From Octopus bimaculoides (taxonomy: Eukaryota): DNA of 64,000 bases. The notes below the pieces were generated by a model that saw nothing but the letters and a program-made list of their open reading frames with translations, was not told the origin of the DNA and made no database searches. This document shows, one piece after another, positions 60,393 to 64,000 of this stretch. The DNA is taken from contig NC_068984.1 of the NCBI RefSeq assembly GCF_001194135.2, positions 91,603,423 through 91,667,422 on the forward strand. The letters run 5' to 3'. Position 1 is the first letter of the stretch; the number at the start of each line of letters is the position of its first letter. A program made the translations under genes and the position numbers.

Positions 60393-63300
60393 TCATCATC
60401 ATCAGCATCATTTAACGCTCACTTTCCATGCTGCCATGGGTTGGATGGTTTGACTGAGGACTGGCGAGTTAGATGGCTGCACTAGGTTCCAGTCTGATCT
60501 GGCAGAGTTTCTACAGATGGATGCCCTTCCTAACGTCAACTACTCTGAGAGTGTAGTGGATGCTTTTACGTTCCAGTCAGCTGGTACTCCTGATGGACTT
60601 ACTCAAATGGTGATTTTTATGTGCCAACTGCACAGGAGCCAGTCCAGACCTCACTCGAATGTTGTTTTTCACATGTCAGTAAGATGACACTGGTAGTGAT
60701 CACACTCGAATGGAGCTTTTTATGTACCGCCGGCACGGGAGCCAGTCAGTGGCCCTGGCAATGACCACACTCGGATGGTGCTTTTAACATTCCACTGCAT
60801 GGGTGCCAGTCAGGCGGTGCTGTCATCAGCTACGTCAGCGAATTTGATTTTGATTGTGATTTCACTTGCCTCCACAGGTCTTTGCAAGCAACACATAAGT
60901 AGGCTGGTTACACCACTAGCATAGGCCATGGGTTATGGTCTCACTTGGCTTGCCGGGTCTTCTCAAGCACAGCATATTTCCAAAGGTCTTGGTCACTAGT
61001 CATTGCCTTGGTGAGGCCCAGTGTTCGAAAGTTGTGCTTCACCACCTCATACCAGGTCTTCCTGGGTCTACCTCTTCCACAGATTCCCTCAACTGCTAGG
61101 GTGTGACACTTTTTCACACAGCTGTCCTTATTCATTCACACCATATGTCTATACTAGCGCAGTTGTCTCTCTTGCACACCACATCTGATGCTTCTTAAGT
61201 CCAACTTTTCTTTCAAGGTGCTTACACTCAGTGGTGTATGCACGATGACACTACACATCTAGCAGAGCATACTGGCTTCATTCCTTGCAAGCTTACACAT
61301 GTCCTCAGCAGTCACGGCCCATGTTTCACTGCCATGTAGCATGGCAGTTCGTACACATGCGTCATACAGTCTACCCTTTACTCTGAGCAAGAGGTCCTTT
61401 GTCATCAGCAGAGGTAGGAGCTCTCTGGACTTTGCCCAGGCTATTCCTATTCTAGCAGCTACACTTTCAGAGCATCCACCCCCTCTACTGACTTGGTTGG
61501 CTAGGTAATGGAAGCTGTCAACCACTTGTTTTTCTCTCTGCAATGTGACAGAAGTTCTCTGAACATTTCCAGTGATTATTCCTCCTGAGCATCTGCCACA
61601 TACAAAAACTATCTTCCCAGTTAGCCTTCCTTTGATATTGCTGCACCTCTTATGTGTCCATAGCTTACACTGGGTACATGTAGAGTTTCTACCTACGCCT
61701 TTTCTACAGATCGAGCAGGGCCATCTACCTGAAGGGATTTGTGGTTTGTCTGCCTTCCTACTTATTAAGATTTTGGTTTTAGCTAGGTTGACTCTAAGGC
61801 CCTTCGATTCTAGTCCTTGCTTCCACACCTGAAACTTTTTTCTCTAGTTCTGACAATGATTCAGCAATTAGAGCAAGGCTATCAGCATAGAGGTGCTCCT
61901 AGGGGTATCCTGTCTTCAATTCCTGTGTTATTGCCTGGAGGACTATGATAAATAGGAGGGGGCTGAGGACTGAACCTTGGTAGATCCCTATCTCTACCTG
62001 GAATTCTTCACTGTACTCGTTGCCAACCCTCACCTTACTGACAGCGTCCCTGTACATGGCTTGCATACCTCTCAGTAACCATTCATCTATTCCTAGTTTC
62101 CTCATTGACCACCAGATAAGGGATCGGGTGACCCTGTCGAAGGTTTTCTCCATGTCAACAAAAGACAGTTACAGAGATTTATCTTTGGCTAGGTATTTCT
62201 CCTGCAGCGGTCTTACCAGAAATATAGCATGAGTGGTGCTTTTCCCTGGCACGAACCCAAACTGCATCTTATCTAAACTGACCCTCTGTCTAATTAGTTG
62301 GGCTATGACCCTCTCCGTGACCTTCATTACCTGATCCAACAGCTTGATACCTCTGTAATTATTTGTATCTAATGCGTCACCTTAACCTTTGCTGCAGTTG
62401 ACTATGAAGCTGCTACACCAGTCATTGGGTATGATTCCTTCATGTATCACCTGGTTGACTGTACGGGTGACTAGGCTATAGCCGACACTGCCAGATATTT
62501 TGAGTATCTCTGTGGTGGGCTGGGAGCTTTTTCTGTTTTCATACCCTGAATTGCTTTATCTACCAAGGCACTGTCAATTCGGATAGCTGGTCCCTCTATT
62601 GAGTCGACATTCGGCAGGCTCTCTTTCTCCCATTCATTCTCTTTATTTAGCAACCTTTCATAGTGGCGTCTCCAAACCTCTCTCTTTGCAGCCTCGTTTA
62701 GTGCAAGTGAACCATCATCCCTGCGAACACATTTCTCTCCTACGACATCACGATTCTCTCTCACACACTATCTTGCAACACAAAATACCTCAAGTCTTTG
62801 GTCCTCACGGCGCAGGACATTGGCAAATTTTTTCTTATCTGCTTCCCCTCTGGCTAAATAAACCTGTCTCCTAGCTTCCCTTCTAGCAGTCTGATACAAT
62901 TCCCTGCTACCACCGTTCATCCAGTCCTTTCAAGCCTGTTTCTTTTGTCTAATAGCCCTGTCAACCACATTGTTCCACCACCACGTTATCTTGGGTCGAG
63001 AGGACACTTTGCACCATCCACAGATCTGGTCAGTGGCTCTCAGCAGGTTGTCCCATAGAAACCTCCAGTTGTCTTCCGCATCATGTGATGTTATATCCTC
63101 TTCTATTTCGTCAAAGGCTTCACGTAATACGTCTCTAAATCTCTGTCCATTTGCAGGACCTTTAAGCTTCCAGACCCTTCTCCTCCATGCTGGTCGTCTT
63201 CTGAGCATTACTAGTCTATGTTGAGGGGTACATTCTTCACCCGGGAAGGTTTTGGAATTTATAAGCAGCGATCTTTCCCTTTTTCTGGCGAGGATGTAGT

Positions 63301-63985
63301 CAATTTGGCTAGTGTGTCTGCCAGAACAGTAGGTGACTAGGTGACTGGCAGGTTTCCTGAAGTTAGTATTGCAAACCAAAAGATCATTTACATCGTAGAA
63401 CTCCAGCAGTCTTGTTCCCTCCTCATTGCTGGAACCAAAACCATGGCCTCCATGTACGCCATGGAAGCCCCCTGCATGTTGTCCAACATATCCATTAAAG
63501 TCACCAGCCACAAAGAGAAAGTCCCTGTCATTCGTCAACGAGGTAGTCTACAAGAGGGTGTCATAAAATCGGTCTTTCTGTCCATCAGCTAGATTCGGTT
63601 GAGGGGCATAGGCTGAGATAATGGTTGCTAACCCATGATGAAGCACTAATCTAATCGTAAGTATTCTGTCGCATACTCTGACTTCCTCAATTTCCTTATC
63701 AACCTATTTCACCGCAAGAAGTAAACCTACGCCCTCGAACCCGTCAATGTTCCCTGCCTAGAAAATCTTGTACCTGTGTTCTTTGCCTGTGAGGAACCTA
63801 GCGGAACCTCCTTTCCACCTTACTTCATGAAAGCAGCACAAATCGATACATCTCCGTTCAAGCATCTCAACAATCTCACCAGACCTACCTTTTAGTGTGC
63901 CGACGTTGAATGTGCCAACTTTGAAGGTGTGAGAAGTGTGGGCCTGTGAGACCCTGGGATGGGGCAAGCAGCATCATGTTCCTGA
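60393..63985 (-). mobile_element. Near-full-length RTE LINE (APE, RT, PHD-like finger, 3'UTR), inactivated by frameshifts and stops
   Basis: FKVGTFNVGTLKG..EVRW (APE start), GDFNG, IDYIL, QGSVLSP, PHD-like motif, RGRPRKTW, tandem-repeat 3'UTR, (GAT)n tail. Confidence 0.94.
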
Positions 63986-64000
63986 AATATGTATTATACA

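Overview
Repeat-dense animal genomic scaffold with five N gaps. The SINE/RTE/microsatellite content suggests a coleoid cephalopod, probably Octopus (inference). Three host genes are supported: (1) the first four coding exons of PDSS1 (decaprenyl-diphosphate synthase subunit 1) on the - strand, running off the left edge; (2) an 84-aa four-exon NDUFA3/B9-like complex I subunit gene on the - strand (28268-19570), absent from the ORF track because every exon is under 30 codons; (3) TMEM169 on the + strand with a single coding exon. The rest is mostly mobile DNA: RTE LINEs with a PHD-like finger, tRNA-derived SINEs, mariner and TRT/DD37E transposons, a Helitron with nested insertions, R4 and L1/Tx1 fragments, and Penelope-type hammerhead motifs. 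The most unusual structures are a 1.84-kb tail-to-tail inverted LTR dimer with one 4-bp TSD in a PDSS1 intron, and a complete 1479-bp ORF1-only (HAL1-like) retroelement with a 17-bp TSD. All translations and alignments were done by eye; TE boundaries without a TSD are approximate.
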